Part shown: one piece after another, positions 36,843 to 46,212 of the stretch
Layout of the letters: every line of letters starts with the position of its first letter
Position numbering within the stretch: the stretch's first letter is position 1
Origin: Geopsychrobacteraceae bacterium
Lineage (GTDB): Bacteria; Desulfobacterota; Desulfuromonadia; Desulfuromonadales; Geopsychrobacteraceae
Direction of reading: 5' to 3'
Assembly (NCBI GenBank): GCA_963676795.2
Contig: CAXXTB010000002.1
Span: 1,344,001-1,408,000, forward strand
DNA: 64,000 nt
Notes under the pieces: generated by a model
What the model was told of the DNA's origin: nothing
Seen by the model: only the letters and a program-made list of their open reading frames with translations
Database searches by the model: none
Position numbers and translations under genes: made by a program

Positions 36843-38741
36843 ATGAAGAGAGCCTTTTTCATATTCTGCCTGCTGTTCTACAGCGCCAACCTGGCCAACG
36901 CCTGGTGGTGGTCTGACGAGCCGGAGGCGAAACGCATCGACCTCTACTTCGGTGAAGCCCTTTTCCAGGCCTACCAGGAAAACTGGTTCGCTGCGATCAG
37001 CCGCCTTGATGCCGAGCTGGCCCAGCATTATCACCTCGATGAGCCACAGCTCGACAGCTTGTTTGGTCAGCTGGCCGATGCGGAGTTCTCGGTCGGCGAT
37101 TTCGAGCTTGCCTACCGCATGCATCAGCGGGCCGGCCGGGCCATTTCCGCCCTGATCAACGGAGAGGTTGATGAGCAGACCAGGAATGCCGCGCTCTTTC
37201 GGCTGGCCAGAATCTATTTTTACAAGAATCAGCCCCTTGAGGCTCTGCACGCCCTCGGTCAGCTGACGGGGCGCAGATCCCGCGAACTGGAGCTGAACGT
37301 CGCCGAACTGCGTGCTCAACTGCTGATCGTTACTGGCGATTTCGCTGCTGCCGTCGAACTGCTTGACACCTTGCAGGGGAAGGATACGTTCGGAGATTAT
37401 GCCGGTTATAACCTGGCCATTGCCCTGCTGCGTGAAGGGCGGGTCGAAGATGCGCTGCACCAGTTCAACAGGGTCGGGCAGAAAGCGGTGGACAGTGGCG
37501 AGGCACTGGTGATCCGCGACAAGGCGAACCTGGTTCTGGGGGATCGTCTGCTGGGTGCAGAGCGGTATCCCTTCGCCAAGGCAGTGATGGACCGGGTCAG
37601 CCTGGAAGGGCCATTTTCCAACCAGGCTCTGCTCGGCTCCGGCTGGGCCGATGCTCTGCAGGACGACTATGAACGGGCCCTGGTGCCCTGGACCCTGCTC
37701 AGTCAGCGCGATGTGACCGACAGGTCAGTTCAGGAAGCATTGCTGGCGGTTCCCTATGCCTACGGGAAGCTGGGTGTCTATAGCCGCTCGGCACTGTTCT
37801 ACGGTAAGGCGCTGCAGGTCTTCGCCGCTGAAATCGACAAGCTGAGCGCGTCGATCATCAGTATCCGGGAGGGACGTTTTCTCGATGCGCTGCTGCGGGA
37901 AGAATTGCAGGTCGATTCATCCTGGATCATCAGGTTGCGTGAGTTGCCGCAGTCGCCGGAAACCTATTATCTGCTTGAACTGCTGGCGTCACACGCTTTT
38001 CAGGAAGGGCTGAAAAATTACCTCGATCTCGATGCCCTGCGCGACCGGCTGAGTGGCTGGCGAAGCGATCTGGACGCCTACGAAGAGATTATCGCCTCCA
38101 GGCGGGCCTATTACGAACCGTTGCTCCCCGAGATCGACAGCCAGTTCCGGCTGCTCGACTCCCAGATGCGTCTGCGTCTTGAACAGCGTGATCACATCGA
38201 ACAACGCCTCAACGGCCTGCTCACGGCACCGCGTCCGGTACTGTTGATGACAGCCGCTGAGCGGATTGCCAAAGAGCGTCTCTACCAGCTGCAGATCAAG
38301 CCTGCCGTCACAGAGGACGATCTCCAGCGGGTCAGACGCCTTAACGGAGTCATCGACTGGCAGATCCGCCTCGAATATGACCAGCGTCAGACCGATGCCT
38401 TTGAACACCTGTTCGCTCTCAACGAGCATATTGTTGCCTTGCAGCAGCGCTATCAGTCTTTTGTCCGCATCCGTCAGGCGGCGACCCAGAGTTATCAGGG
38501 CTTTGATGAGACGATCCGTCTGCAGCGCATCCGCATCGATGCCGCCGGCACGGCGATCGACCGGTTGATGAAACGCCAGGGCCATCAGCTCGAAGAACTG
38601 GCGATCGCCGAGCTGCAGGAACGGCGTGACCGTCTTGAGGAGTTCCAGGTCAAGGCCCGTTTTGCCATGGCGGACAGCTTCGACCGGGCGGCCCGCAAGG
38701 GAGAGGAGAGTGCAGAGCCCGGGGAGGAGAAGGAACAATGA
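36843..38741 (+). CDS. Exported TPR/coiled-coil protein (GltC-like by position)
   Basis: Signal peptide ANA-W, TPR-like helices (ALFRLARIYF, YNLAIALL, ALLGSGWA), long C-terminal helices ending ARFAMADSFDRA. Confidence 0.7.
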   Translation: MKRAFFIFCLLFYSANLANAWWWSDEPEAKRIDLYFGEALFQAYQENWFAAISRLDAELAQHYHLDEPQLDSLFGQLADAEFSVGDFELAYRMHQRAGRAISALINGEVDEQTRNAALFRLARIYFYKNQPLEALHALGQLTGRRSRELELNVAELRAQLLIVTGDFAAAVELLDTLQGKDTFGDYAGYNLAIALLREGRVEDALHQFNRVGQKAVDSGEALVIRDKANLVLGDRLLGAERYPFAKAVMDRVSLEGPFSNQALLGSGWADALQDDYERALVPWTLLSQRDVTDRSVQEALLAVPYAYGKLGVYSRSALFYGKALQVFAAEIDKLSASIISIREGRFLDALLREELQVDSSWIIRLRELPQSPETYYLLELLASHAFQEGLKNYLDLDALRDRLSGWRSDLDAYEEIIASRRAYYEPLLPEIDSQFRLLDSQMRLRLEQRDHIEQRLNGLLTAPRPVLLMTAAERIAKERLYQLQIKPAVTEDDLQRVRRLNGVIDWQIRLEYDQRQTDAFEHLFALNEHIVALQQRYQSFVRIRQAATQSYQGFDETIRLQRIRIDAAGTAIDRLMKRQGHQLEELAIAELQERRDRLEEFQVKARFAMADSFDRAARKGEESAEPGEEKEQ

Positions 38742-41700
38742 TGGCAAAATACTGTGCAATCATCCTGATCTTTCTGCTTGTCGGTTGCAGCAGCGGCTTC
38801 AACCGCAGCGGCACGATTTCACAAATCAGAAACCAGAAGGTTGACCTGAGTGAGGTTGAAATCGAGGGCGGGCTTGAGCAGGCGATGGCCAGCTACGAGC
38901 AGTTCCTGCGCGATCCCGGCAACGTTTCTGCGTTGACTCCGGAAGCGATCCGCCGCCTGGCTGACCTGAAGGTCGAAAAGGAATATGGTCTGGTCGGCCA
39001 GCAATCCTCGCCAGTTGAGACCCTTGCCGACCCGGAGTCGGCCGGTGTCGCGATGAAAACGGTTGATCAGGCGGCGCTGCCTGAGTTTCAAGGCGAAGCC
39101 GAAAGCGATGCCGACTTTGAACAACGCACGACCCGGGCGCGTCAGGTTGCAGCAAGTTCGACCCCCGATTTGAGCGCTGATCCGAGCCTCGATGATCTGG
39201 AACGCGCCGGCCCACTTGAGGCTATTGCCCTCTATCAGCGCCTGCTTGACGAGTACCCCTACTATCCGAACAACGATCAGGTTCTTTACCAGATGTCGCG
39301 GGCCTATGAAGAACTTGGCCGGCTTGACGAAGCGATGCTGGTCATGGGACGGCTGATCAGTCAGTACCCTGATTCCCGCTATTTTGATGAAGTTCAGTTC
39401 CGTCGCGCAGAGTCGCTTTTCACCCGGCGCAAGTATCTGGATGCCGAGGAGGCCTACAGCAGTATCGTGGTCAAGGGGGTCGGTTCCGACTTCTACCAGC
39501 TGGCACTTTACAAGCTGGGCTGGACCTACTATAAGCAGGAACTCTACGAAGATGCCCTGCACAAGTATATCGCGCTGCTCGATTGCAAGGTCGATACAGG
39601 TTACGACTTCGAACAACAGCAGGAGCCATTGGAGAAGAAACGGATCGATGACACCTTCCGGGTCATCAGTCTGAGTTTTTCCTATCTCGGTGGTGCTGAT
39701 GCGACGGCGGATTATTTTGCCGAGTTCGGTACCCGCGATTATGAAGCCAACATCTATGAGAATCTTGCCGATTACTACTTCGGTAAGCGGCGCTACAGCG
39801 ATGCCGTGGCCAGCTACGCCAAATTCATCGAGTTGAACCCTTATCATCGCAAAGCGCCTCTGTTTGCTCAGCAGGTCATCGATGTCAATACCGCGGGCGG
39901 ATTTCCGAGTCTGGTCGTCGAAGCCAAGAAGAAATTCGCCCGCGATTATGCCTTGAGTTCCGCGTACTGGAATTACTTTGAGGTTGCCGAACGGCCGGAA
40001 GTCATCGCGGGGCTCAAGACCAACCTGACCGACCTGGCGAATCACTATCATGCCCTCTATCAGAATCCGAAGCTGAAGAAGAAGCAGGCCGGAAACTTTT
40101 CCGAAGCGACACATTGGTACCGGGAATTCCTCGCTTCATTCAGCAGCGAGCCACAGGCCCCTGTGATCAATTATCAGCTTGCCGATCTGCTGCTTGAGAA
40201 CAAGTCGTATGCCGAGGCGGCGGTGGAATATGAAAGGACCGCCTACGACTATGCAATTCACGAACGTTCATCAAAGGCGGGCTATGCAGCCGTCTACGCT
40301 TATCGTCAGCAGCTGGCGACAGTTCAGGAAGATGAACTTCAGCTGCAGGTCAAGCGTGAGGTGGTGCGCAGTTCTCTCAAGTTTGCCCAACTCTTCCCCG
40401 GCCATGAAAAAGCTGCTGTTGTCCTTGGAGCCGCCGCCGATGATCTCTATGCCATTGACGATTATGAAAATGCGCTCTACGCGGCGCTTGATCTGATCGA
40501 GTGCTTTCCGCAGGCCGATACCCAGGTGACCCGTTCCGCCTGGCTGGTCGTCGGCCACTCGACTTATGAACTTGAATTCTATGCCAACGCCGAAGAGGCT
40601 TACCTCAGGGTTCTGTCACTGACCGAGACAGGCGCCAAGTGGAGAGCTGGACTGATCGACAATCTGGCCGCGGCCATCTACCGACAGGGGGAAGAAGCGA
40701 ATCGCGCTGAAGATTACCCGGCTGCGGCAGAGCACTTTATCCGGGTGACACTGCTGGCGCCAAGCTCGGCACTGCGCTCGACCGCCGAATACGATGCAGC
40801 GACAGCCTATATTCAGGCCAGGGACTGGACCCGTGCCGCTCAGGTTCTCACCGGCTTCCGCAACAATTTTCCCGAGCATGAGCTGCAGCATGAGGTGACC
40901 AAGAAGCTGGCCTATGTCTATCGGGAAGGGGAAGAGTACGCTCTGGCTGCGGATGAGTTTGAACGTATCGAGCAGGAGGCCGATGACGACGCTCTCAAGA
41001 GTGAAGCTCTGCTCAGCGCCGCCGAATTGCACCAGAAAGCCGGACAGCCGGAGCGGGCTCTCGTGGTTTATCAGCGTTATATCGAGCAGTTCCCCGATCC
41101 TCTCGATGTCAATGTTGAAACCTGCCAGAAGATCGCCGATCTGCTCAAGGAACAGGGGCAGCAGGACGCTTACATCCGTATGCTTGAGCGGATCGTACGG
41201 GTCGATGCCGAAGGTGACGAACAGCGTACCGCCAGAACCATATTTCTAGCGGCAAAGGCAGGGTTGGTGTTGGCGGAACGACATTACGCCGGTTTTGACG
41301 ACATTACCCTGGTCCAGCCTTTTGACAAAAGCCTGAAGAAAAAGAAGACCATGATGAAGGATCTGATCCAGGAATTCAGTCATCTGATCGAATATCAGGT
41401 GGGCGAGGTGACCGCGGCATCGACCTGGTACCTGGCTGAGATCTACGCCGAATTCAGTCGTTCCCTGATGCAGTCGGAGCGGCCTAAGGGGCTCGATGAT
41501 ATCGAACTGGAAGATTACGAACTTGCCCTGGAGGAGAACGCCTATCCCTTTGAGGAAAAAGCGATCGAGGTGCATCAGAGCAATCTCGAACTGATCGCTG
41601 CGGGGGTCTATAACAGCTGGATCGACAAAAGTATCGAGCGCCTGGCGCAGTTTGTTCCGGCGCGCTACGCGAAATCCGAGGAACTCTGCCCACTGGTCGA

Positions 41701-41890
41701 AGTGCCGGATGGGTTTGCCTTCTACTTTGCCGAAAAGCCGGAGAACGCGACGCTTCAAGCGGCTGAGGATAGTTCGGCAGAAGTAGAACCGCAGGAAGCG
41801 GAAACTGCTGTGTCTGCGTTGCCTGAAGATACACAGCAGCAGAGTTCGGGCGGCTCTGCCGGTGATGTTCAGCAAGGGGGTGCCCAATGA
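38738..41890 (+). CDS. Large TPR lipoprotein (GltD/AgmU-like)
   Basis: Lipobox LVG-C; many TPR repeats (DQVLYQMSRAY, ALYKLGWTYY, YQLADLL); C-terminal YELALEENAYPFEEKAIEVH; acidic tail; ATGA-type overlaps with neighbours. Confidence 0.75.
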   Translation: MMAKYCAIILIFLLVGCSSGFNRSGTISQIRNQKVDLSEVEIEGGLEQAMASYEQFLRDPGNVSALTPEAIRRLADLKVEKEYGLVGQQSSPVETLADPESAGVAMKTVDQAALPEFQGEAESDADFEQRTTRARQVAASSTPDLSADPSLDDLERAGPLEAIALYQRLLDEYPYYPNNDQVLYQMSRAYEELGRLDEAMLVMGRLISQYPDSRYFDEVQFRRAESLFTRRKYLDAEEAYSSIVVKGVGSDFYQLALYKLGWTYYKQELYEDALHKYIALLDCKVDTGYDFEQQQEPLEKKRIDDTFRVISLSFSYLGGADATADYFAEFGTRDYEANIYENLADYYFGKRRYSDAVASYAKFIELNPYHRKAPLFAQQVIDVNTAGGFPSLVVEAKKKFARDYALSSAYWNYFEVAERPEVIAGLKTNLTDLANHYHALYQNPKLKKKQAGNFSEATHWYREFLASFSSEPQAPVINYQLADLLLENKSYAEAAVEYERTAYDYAIHERSSKAGYAAVYAYRQQLATVQEDELQLQVKREVVRSSLKFAQLFPGHEKAAVVLGAAADDLYAIDDYENALYAALDLIECFPQADTQVTRSAWLVVGHSTYELEFYANAEEAYLRVLSLTETGAKWRAGLIDNLAAAIYRQGEEANRAEDYPAAAEHFIRVTLLAPSSALRSTAEYDAATAYIQARDWTRAAQVLTGFRNNFPEHELQHEVTKKLAYVYREGEEYALAADEFERIEQEADDDALKSEALLSAAELHQKAGQPERALVVYQRYIEQFPDPLDVNVETCQKIADLLKEQGQQDAYIRMLERIVRVDAEGDEQRTARTIFLAAKAGLVLAERHYAGFDDITLVQPFDKSLKKKKTMMKDLIQEFSHLIEYQVGEVTAASTWYLAEIYAEFSRSLMQSERPKGLDDIELEDYELALEENAYPFEEKAIEVHQSNLELIAAGVYNSWIDKSIERLAQFVPARYAKSEELCPLVEVPDGFAFYFAEKPENATLQAAEDSSAEVEPQEAETAVSALPEDTQQQSSGGSAGDVQQGGAQ

Positions 41891-42540
41891 CCGGATTGAC
41901 GAATTTCAGACTCCTGGGGCTGGCCCTGTGCCTGGTCATCCTCTCCGGCTGTGCTGTCCAGTTACCGTTGCAGAGCGGCAAGGGGGAACCGGCTGATGTT
42001 CGGACGACAGCTCAGTCTGCCCCTGCACCTTCAGAACCTGCGCTGTGTGGTTTTGCCGTTGCCGAACCGCATAAGCTGAATCTTCTTGAGCGTAACGAGT
42101 TTTTGCGCGCGGTTGAACTGCTCAAGGCCGGGCAGGCCGAGTCAGCACTGCCGCTGTTGGAACGGCTCAGTCAGAGTGAGAATGTGGTGACGGCGGTCTA
42201 TGTCGATCTGGCCAAGGCTTACCTGCTGACTGAGCAGAAAGGGAAAGCTGAAGAGGCTCTGCAAAGCGCCCTCAGGCTCATCCCCGGGCATCCGCTGGCA
42301 AGCCAGGAATATGGAGTGATGCTGCGCCGCGCCGGGCGCTTTGCAGAAGCGCGAGGCCTCTATGAAGATACGCTGACTTACTATCCGGATTATCTGCCGA
42401 TCCGAAAGAATCTCGGCATTCTCTGTGACATCTATCTCAACGATCAGGACTGTGCCCTTGAGCAGTTCACATATTACAGCCAGGCCCTGCCGGATGACGA
42501 GCAGGTCAGACTCTGGGTCAGTGAGCTGCAACTTCGCTGA
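41887..42540 (+). CDS. TPR lipoprotein (GltE/AglT-like)
   Basis: Lipobox LSG-C; TPRs (YGVMLRRAGRFAEA, NLGILCDIYL); ends WVSELQLR. Confidence 0.75.
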   Translation: MTGLTNFRLLGLALCLVILSGCAVQLPLQSGKGEPADVRTTAQSAPAPSEPALCGFAVAEPHKLNLLERNEFLRAVELLKAGQAESALPLLERLSQSENVVTAVYVDLAKAYLLTEQKGKAEEALQSALRLIPGHPLASQEYGVMLRRAGRFAEARGLYEDTLTYYPDYLPIRKNLGILCDIYLNDQDCALEQFTYYSQALPDDEQVRLWVSELQLR

Positions 42541-42547
42541 CCTCAAC

Positions 42548-42727
42548 TAGTTACCATCCGGAAACTTCGGAGGGTAACGCGTAAGTTTTCAGATTGGAAA
42601 CGAGCAATTTTTCGTTGTGGCAAGAAAATCAAGGGATTGAGCGGAGGCGTAGTGCTATACGCCGCACAAGCAAGCCCGCAGATTGACACCGCCACGGCGG
42701 AAAAGGGCCGTTTCCGGATGAAAACTA
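42548..42727. mobile_element. MITE-like non-autonomous repeat (~180 bp) inside the operon
   Basis: Terminal inverted repeats TAGTTACCATCCGGAAAC / GTTTCCGGATGAAAACTA (16/18), a second internal left-end-like copy AGTTTTCAGATTGGAAAC, central hairpin GGCGTA-GTGCTA-TACGCC; no transposase. Confidence 0.6.
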
Positions 42728-42758
42728 ACTAAATGCAAAGAAGAGAACGAGGTGTGAA

Positions 42759-43061
42759 ATGTTAAGAAGATCCATAATGTTAATGCTCTCCATGCTTATC
42801 GCGGTTCCTGCCTTTGGCGCAGAAGCTACTCTGAACGACAAGGTCGATCCCCAGGAAAAGACCCTGTCCGGCATGTCGATCGTCGGCAACGACGAAGCTC
42901 CCAAATCGCTCTATATCGTGCCCTGGAAGAGTTCGGAAATCGGCGTCGAAACCAGCCTTGACCGCCTGGCGAACAAGGATGCCGTTCCCCTCGACAGGGA
43001 TGTCTTTCGCAGACAGCTCGAGTTTTATCAGGTCAGTCACAACATCCAGGTACGGAGGTAA
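42759..43061 (+). CDS. Small exported protein (100 aa; GltF-like position before the motor genes)
   Basis: GAGG RBS, signal peptide AFG-A, motif GMSIVGNDEAPKSLYIVPWK...PLDRDVFRRQL. Confidence 0.7.
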   Translation: MLRRSIMLMLSMLIAVPAFGAEATLNDKVDPQEKTLSGMSIVGNDEAPKSLYIVPWKSSEIGVETSLDRLANKDAVPLDRDVFRRQLEFYQVSHNIQVRR

Positions 43062-43067
43062 CAGGAA

Positions 43068-43721
43068 ATGGAAATGCTTTACTCAATTATCGGTTTTTTT
43101 CAAAAGGGTGGTGCGTTCATGTACCCGATTCTGCTGGTCTTTGCAGTGGGAATCGCAATCTCGGCGGAACGCTGGATCCAGCTGACCAAAACACGCAAGG
43201 ACAACAGCAAGGTCTGGAAGCAGGTTCAGCCGATTCTCGACAAGGGCGACTTTGACAAGGCCCGACAGGTTGTCGACAAGGATAAATCGATCATCGCCCG
43301 CATGCTGTCGATGGGACTGGCCCGTCAGGGGGCCGTCAGACGCCGTGAGGATATCGAGATCGCCATGGAAGAAAGCCTGATGGAGATCATCCCCCAGCTG
43401 GAAAAAAGGACCCCCTATATCGGTCTGCTCTCCAATATTGCCACGCTGCTTGGCCTGCTCGGGACCATCATGGGTCTGATCGAAGCTTTTACCGCGGTCG
43501 CCAATGCCAATCCGGCGGAAAAGGCCGATCTGCTCTCGGCCAGTATCTCGGTGGCGATGAACACCACGGCCTTCGGCTTGATGGCAGCCATCCCGCTGTT
43601 GTTGATTCACGCCAAGCTGACCTCGACGACCGGCAGCATTGTCGACAGCCTGGAGATGGCTTCAGTAAAAGCTCTGAACAGCATCTCCAGTTTCAGTAAA
43701 CGGCAATTTCCGATGGGCTGA
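43068..43721 (+). CDS. MotA/TolQ/ExbB proton-channel protein (AglR-like)
   Basis: GGAFMYPI, ATLLGLLGTIMGLIEAF, ISVAMNTTAFGL. Confidence 0.92.
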   Translation: MEMLYSIIGFFQKGGAFMYPILLVFAVGIAISAERWIQLTKTRKDNSKVWKQVQPILDKGDFDKARQVVDKDKSIIARMLSMGLARQGAVRRREDIEIAMEESLMEIIPQLEKRTPYIGLLSNIATLLGLLGTIMGLIEAFTAVANANPAEKADLLSASISVAMNTTAFGLMAAIPLLLIHAKLTSTTGSIVDSLEMASVKALNSISSFSKRQFPMG

Positions 43722-43724
43722 CCT

Positions 43725-44228
43725 ATGACTTCGCGAATGAAAATGAAACGCAGACGCAGTAGCAAGAGCGCACCCGAGCTGGATATCACGACCTTCCTCA
43801 ATCTGATGGTCGTGCTGGTGCCGTTTCTGCTGATCAGTGCCGTTTTCTCCCGGGTGACGATTCTCGAGCTCAGTGTTCCGACCGGGGCCGGCGGGGCTTC
43901 CTCCGGACAGCCTGATTTCACCATCGAGGTTGTGGTCCGCAAGGCGGGTCTGGAGCTGTCCAATGGCCGCAGTGTCGTGGCTGCCATGCCCAACAAGGCG
44001 GACGACTACGACTTCGATACCCTGTCGCAGATGCTGATCCGGCTGAAGAACGACTATCCGGACAAGGAGGATGCAACCGTCCTGATGGAGCCGGAGATCG
44101 AATACGATACCCTGATTCAGGTAATGGACAGTATCCGCGAGGTGCAGATTCCGGATCAGGGCGGAGAGGGTGAGGAGCTACAGACTCTGGCGCTGTTCCC
44201 ACAGATATCGATAGGAGATGCACCATGA
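43725..44228 (+). CDS. ExbD/TolR-family protein 1 (Asn in place of the conserved TM Asp)
   Basis: ELDITTFLNLMVVLVPFLL single TM; C-terminal YDTLIQVMD. Confidence 0.87.
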   Translation: MTSRMKMKRRRSSKSAPELDITTFLNLMVVLVPFLLISAVFSRVTILELSVPTGAGGASSGQPDFTIEVVVRKAGLELSNGRSVVAAMPNKADDYDFDTLSQMLIRLKNDYPDKEDATVLMEPEIEYDTLIQVMDSIREVQIPDQGGEGEELQTLALFPQISIGDAP

Positions 44229-44719
44229 GAGAGAGCCGGCGCTTACGGCGCATGGAGCGCAGCCATAAGAAGGTCAGTGCCCTGAATCTGACATCGCTGA
44301 TGGACGTGTTTACCATCCTGGTTTTCTTTCTGCTGGCCAATTCGTCTTCAAGCGAGGTTCTATCGACGCCCAAGCAGATCAAGCTGCCTGATTCGATCGT
44401 TGAAACCAAGCCGCGTGAAACCATCGTGGTGCTGGTCAGTGCCGATCAGGTGCTGGTCCAGGGGGAACCGGTCATCGCGACCGCGGACCTGATCAGCAGT
44501 GGTGATGAGGCGGTACCCGCGATCAGCGAGAAGCTGGGACTTTTAGAGCAGAACGTGATCGGTATCAGCACCAAGGCGGCGATCGAAAACAGGGAAATCA
44601 CCATCCTCGCCGACAAGCAGATTCCGTTCCGGGTCCTGAAGAAGGTGATGTCAACCTGCACCGCTTCGGGCTATGGCAAGATCTCTCTTGCCGTGATCCA
44701 GAAAGCGACGCAAACATAA
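44225..44719 (+). CDS. ExbD/TolR-family protein 2 (TM Asp retained)
   Basis: LNLTSLMDVFTILVFFLL; ILADKQIPFRVLKKVMSTC..GYGKISLAV. Confidence 0.9.
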   Translation: MRESRRLRRMERSHKKVSALNLTSLMDVFTILVFFLLANSSSSEVLSTPKQIKLPDSIVETKPRETIVVLVSADQVLVQGEPVIATADLISSGDEAVPAISEKLGLLEQNVIGISTKAAIENREITILADKQIPFRVLKKVMSTCTASGYGKISLAVIQKATQT

Positions 44720-44728
44720 GGAGATTCC

Positions 44729-46192
44729 GTGAGTAGTTCAGAATTTTCACAGGAACTGGAGTCTCTGAACGCGCAGATCGAACAGCTTCAGCTGGCCGTA
44801 GTGAAGCTGGAAGATGAAAAGCGGGTTGTTGAGACAAAACTGGATGACTTCGCCATTGAGCGACAGAATATCGGTCTGCTTGAAGAGGCCTGCAACGCAC
44901 TCGACAAGCTCAACGAACTGGGCGTCGCAGAGCTGTTCTGGTCGGGGCTGGCGGCATCTGTCGATCCGCAGGACCATACCAGTCAGGTTCGCGAGCGCAT
45001 CGAAACGTTTTCCCGGCAGACCAGGGGGCTGAACGACAGGCGTCAGGCGCTTCAGGCCAAGATTGATCAGCATTTGAGCGTCATGGAGTACCTCTTTGAT
45101 GAGGTGGCGCAGGCCGAGGAACGGGAAGAGCGGCGGGTAGAGGAGTTTGCCGTCGTCCGGGAGATGAGTGAGCTGCCGGTCCGTCAGTTAGTGATGCCCT
45201 GGAGCGTTGAGGCTGAAACTGAGCGGCGTTTCCGTTATTCTCTGCTGATTGCCCTGTTCTGGTGCGTGCTGCTCGGGGTTCTGACGCCGCTGGTCAATGT
45301 CCCGATTCCGGACCGGGTGCAGGTGGTTATGGAGATCCCGGCGCGGATGGCCATGCTGCTCAAGGAGGAACCACGCAAGGTGCCGCCTAAACCTGCACAG
45401 ATTGTAGAAAAGCAGAAGCCGGAAGTGGCAGAAGCCGAGAAGCCGAAGAAAGCCAAGGCCGAAGAGAAGGTCGCCAAGAACGAACCGCAGCAACAGAAGA
45501 AAAAGGCCGACAATCGTCCTGTCGGCGGCGGAACCAAAGGCGTCAAGAAAAAGCAGAGTGTCGGCGTGCTGGCCTTCAAGAGCAGCTTCGATGATTTGAT
45601 GGATGAGGTGCCGGTGGCCAAACTGGGCAGCGAAGCCAAGGTCAACAAGGTCAACGCCAAGGTGCCCGGTGAAGCCAGGGCCAGCCGTTCACTGGTCTCG
45701 ACCCAGGCCAAATCGGGAGGCAGTTCCGGGATCAGCAACTTCGGTGTCAGCCGCAATCTGGGCAATGGCGGTTCGGGGGGCGGCAGCGGTTATGGCAATG
45801 CCGGGCAGATCGGCGGGGTCGGAACCGGGCAGGTGGAGAGTGCCATGGCCGGGATGGCCGAACAGGCCGGACGTCCGCTCAGCAGCAGCGCGGATGCGTC
45901 GCGAACCGATGAAGAGATCCAGATCGTCTTCGACCGCTACAAGGCGGCTCTCTACCGCATCTACAACAGGGAGTTGCGCAAGGATCCGACCCTACGTGGC
46001 CGGATCACCCTCAAGCTGACCATCGAACCGGATGGCAGTGTCTCGATGTGCCTCTCCGAGTCGACAGATCTGGCCTCGGATGAACTGGTTGCGCAGATTG
46101 TCGAGCGGATCAAGCGTTTCAATTTCGGTCTCAAGGATGGAGTGCCGAAGGTGACGATACGCTATCCGATCGACTTCCTTCCGGCCGGATGA
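44729..46192 (+). CDS. TonB-like energy transducer, GltG/AgmX/PglI-type C-terminal domain, with N-terminal coiled coil
   Basis: AAGGAG RBS plus GTG; cytoplasmic heptads, one TM, K/E/P-rich and Gly-rich linker, C-terminal RTDEEIQIVFD..YNRELRKDPTLRGRITLKLTIEPDGSV..YPIDF. Confidence 0.82.
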   Translation: MSSSEFSQELESLNAQIEQLQLAVVKLEDEKRVVETKLDDFAIERQNIGLLEEACNALDKLNELGVAELFWSGLAASVDPQDHTSQVRERIETFSRQTRGLNDRRQALQAKIDQHLSVMEYLFDEVAQAEEREERRVEEFAVVREMSELPVRQLVMPWSVEAETERRFRYSLLIALFWCVLLGVLTPLVNVPIPDRVQVVMEIPARMAMLLKEEPRKVPPKPAQIVEKQKPEVAEAEKPKKAKAEEKVAKNEPQQQKKKADNRPVGGGTKGVKKKQSVGVLAFKSSFDDLMDEVPVAKLGSEAKVNKVNAKVPGEARASRSLVSTQAKSGGSSGISNFGVSRNLGNGGSGGGSGYGNAGQIGGVGTGQVESAMAGMAEQAGRPLSSSADASRTDEEIQIVFDRYKAALYRIYNRELRKDPTLRGRITLKLTIEPDGSVSMCLSESTDLASDELVAQIVERIKRFNFGLKDGVPKVTIRYPIDFLPAG

Positions 46193-46212
46193 CGTTGACG
46201 GGACAAATCAGA

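Noticed and set aside
43068..46192. Ordinary Tol-Pal or TonB-ExbBD iron-uptake locus
   Set aside because: No tolB, pal, ybgC or TonB-dependent receptor; two ExbDs, TPR lipoproteins and an AgmX/GltG-type C-terminus point to the Agl-Glt-like class
20994..46192. Claim of a complete Myxococcus-type gliding system
   Set aside because: GltA/B/H/I/J/K, CglB, AglZ and MglAB homologues were not recognised in this window; motility remains a hypothesis
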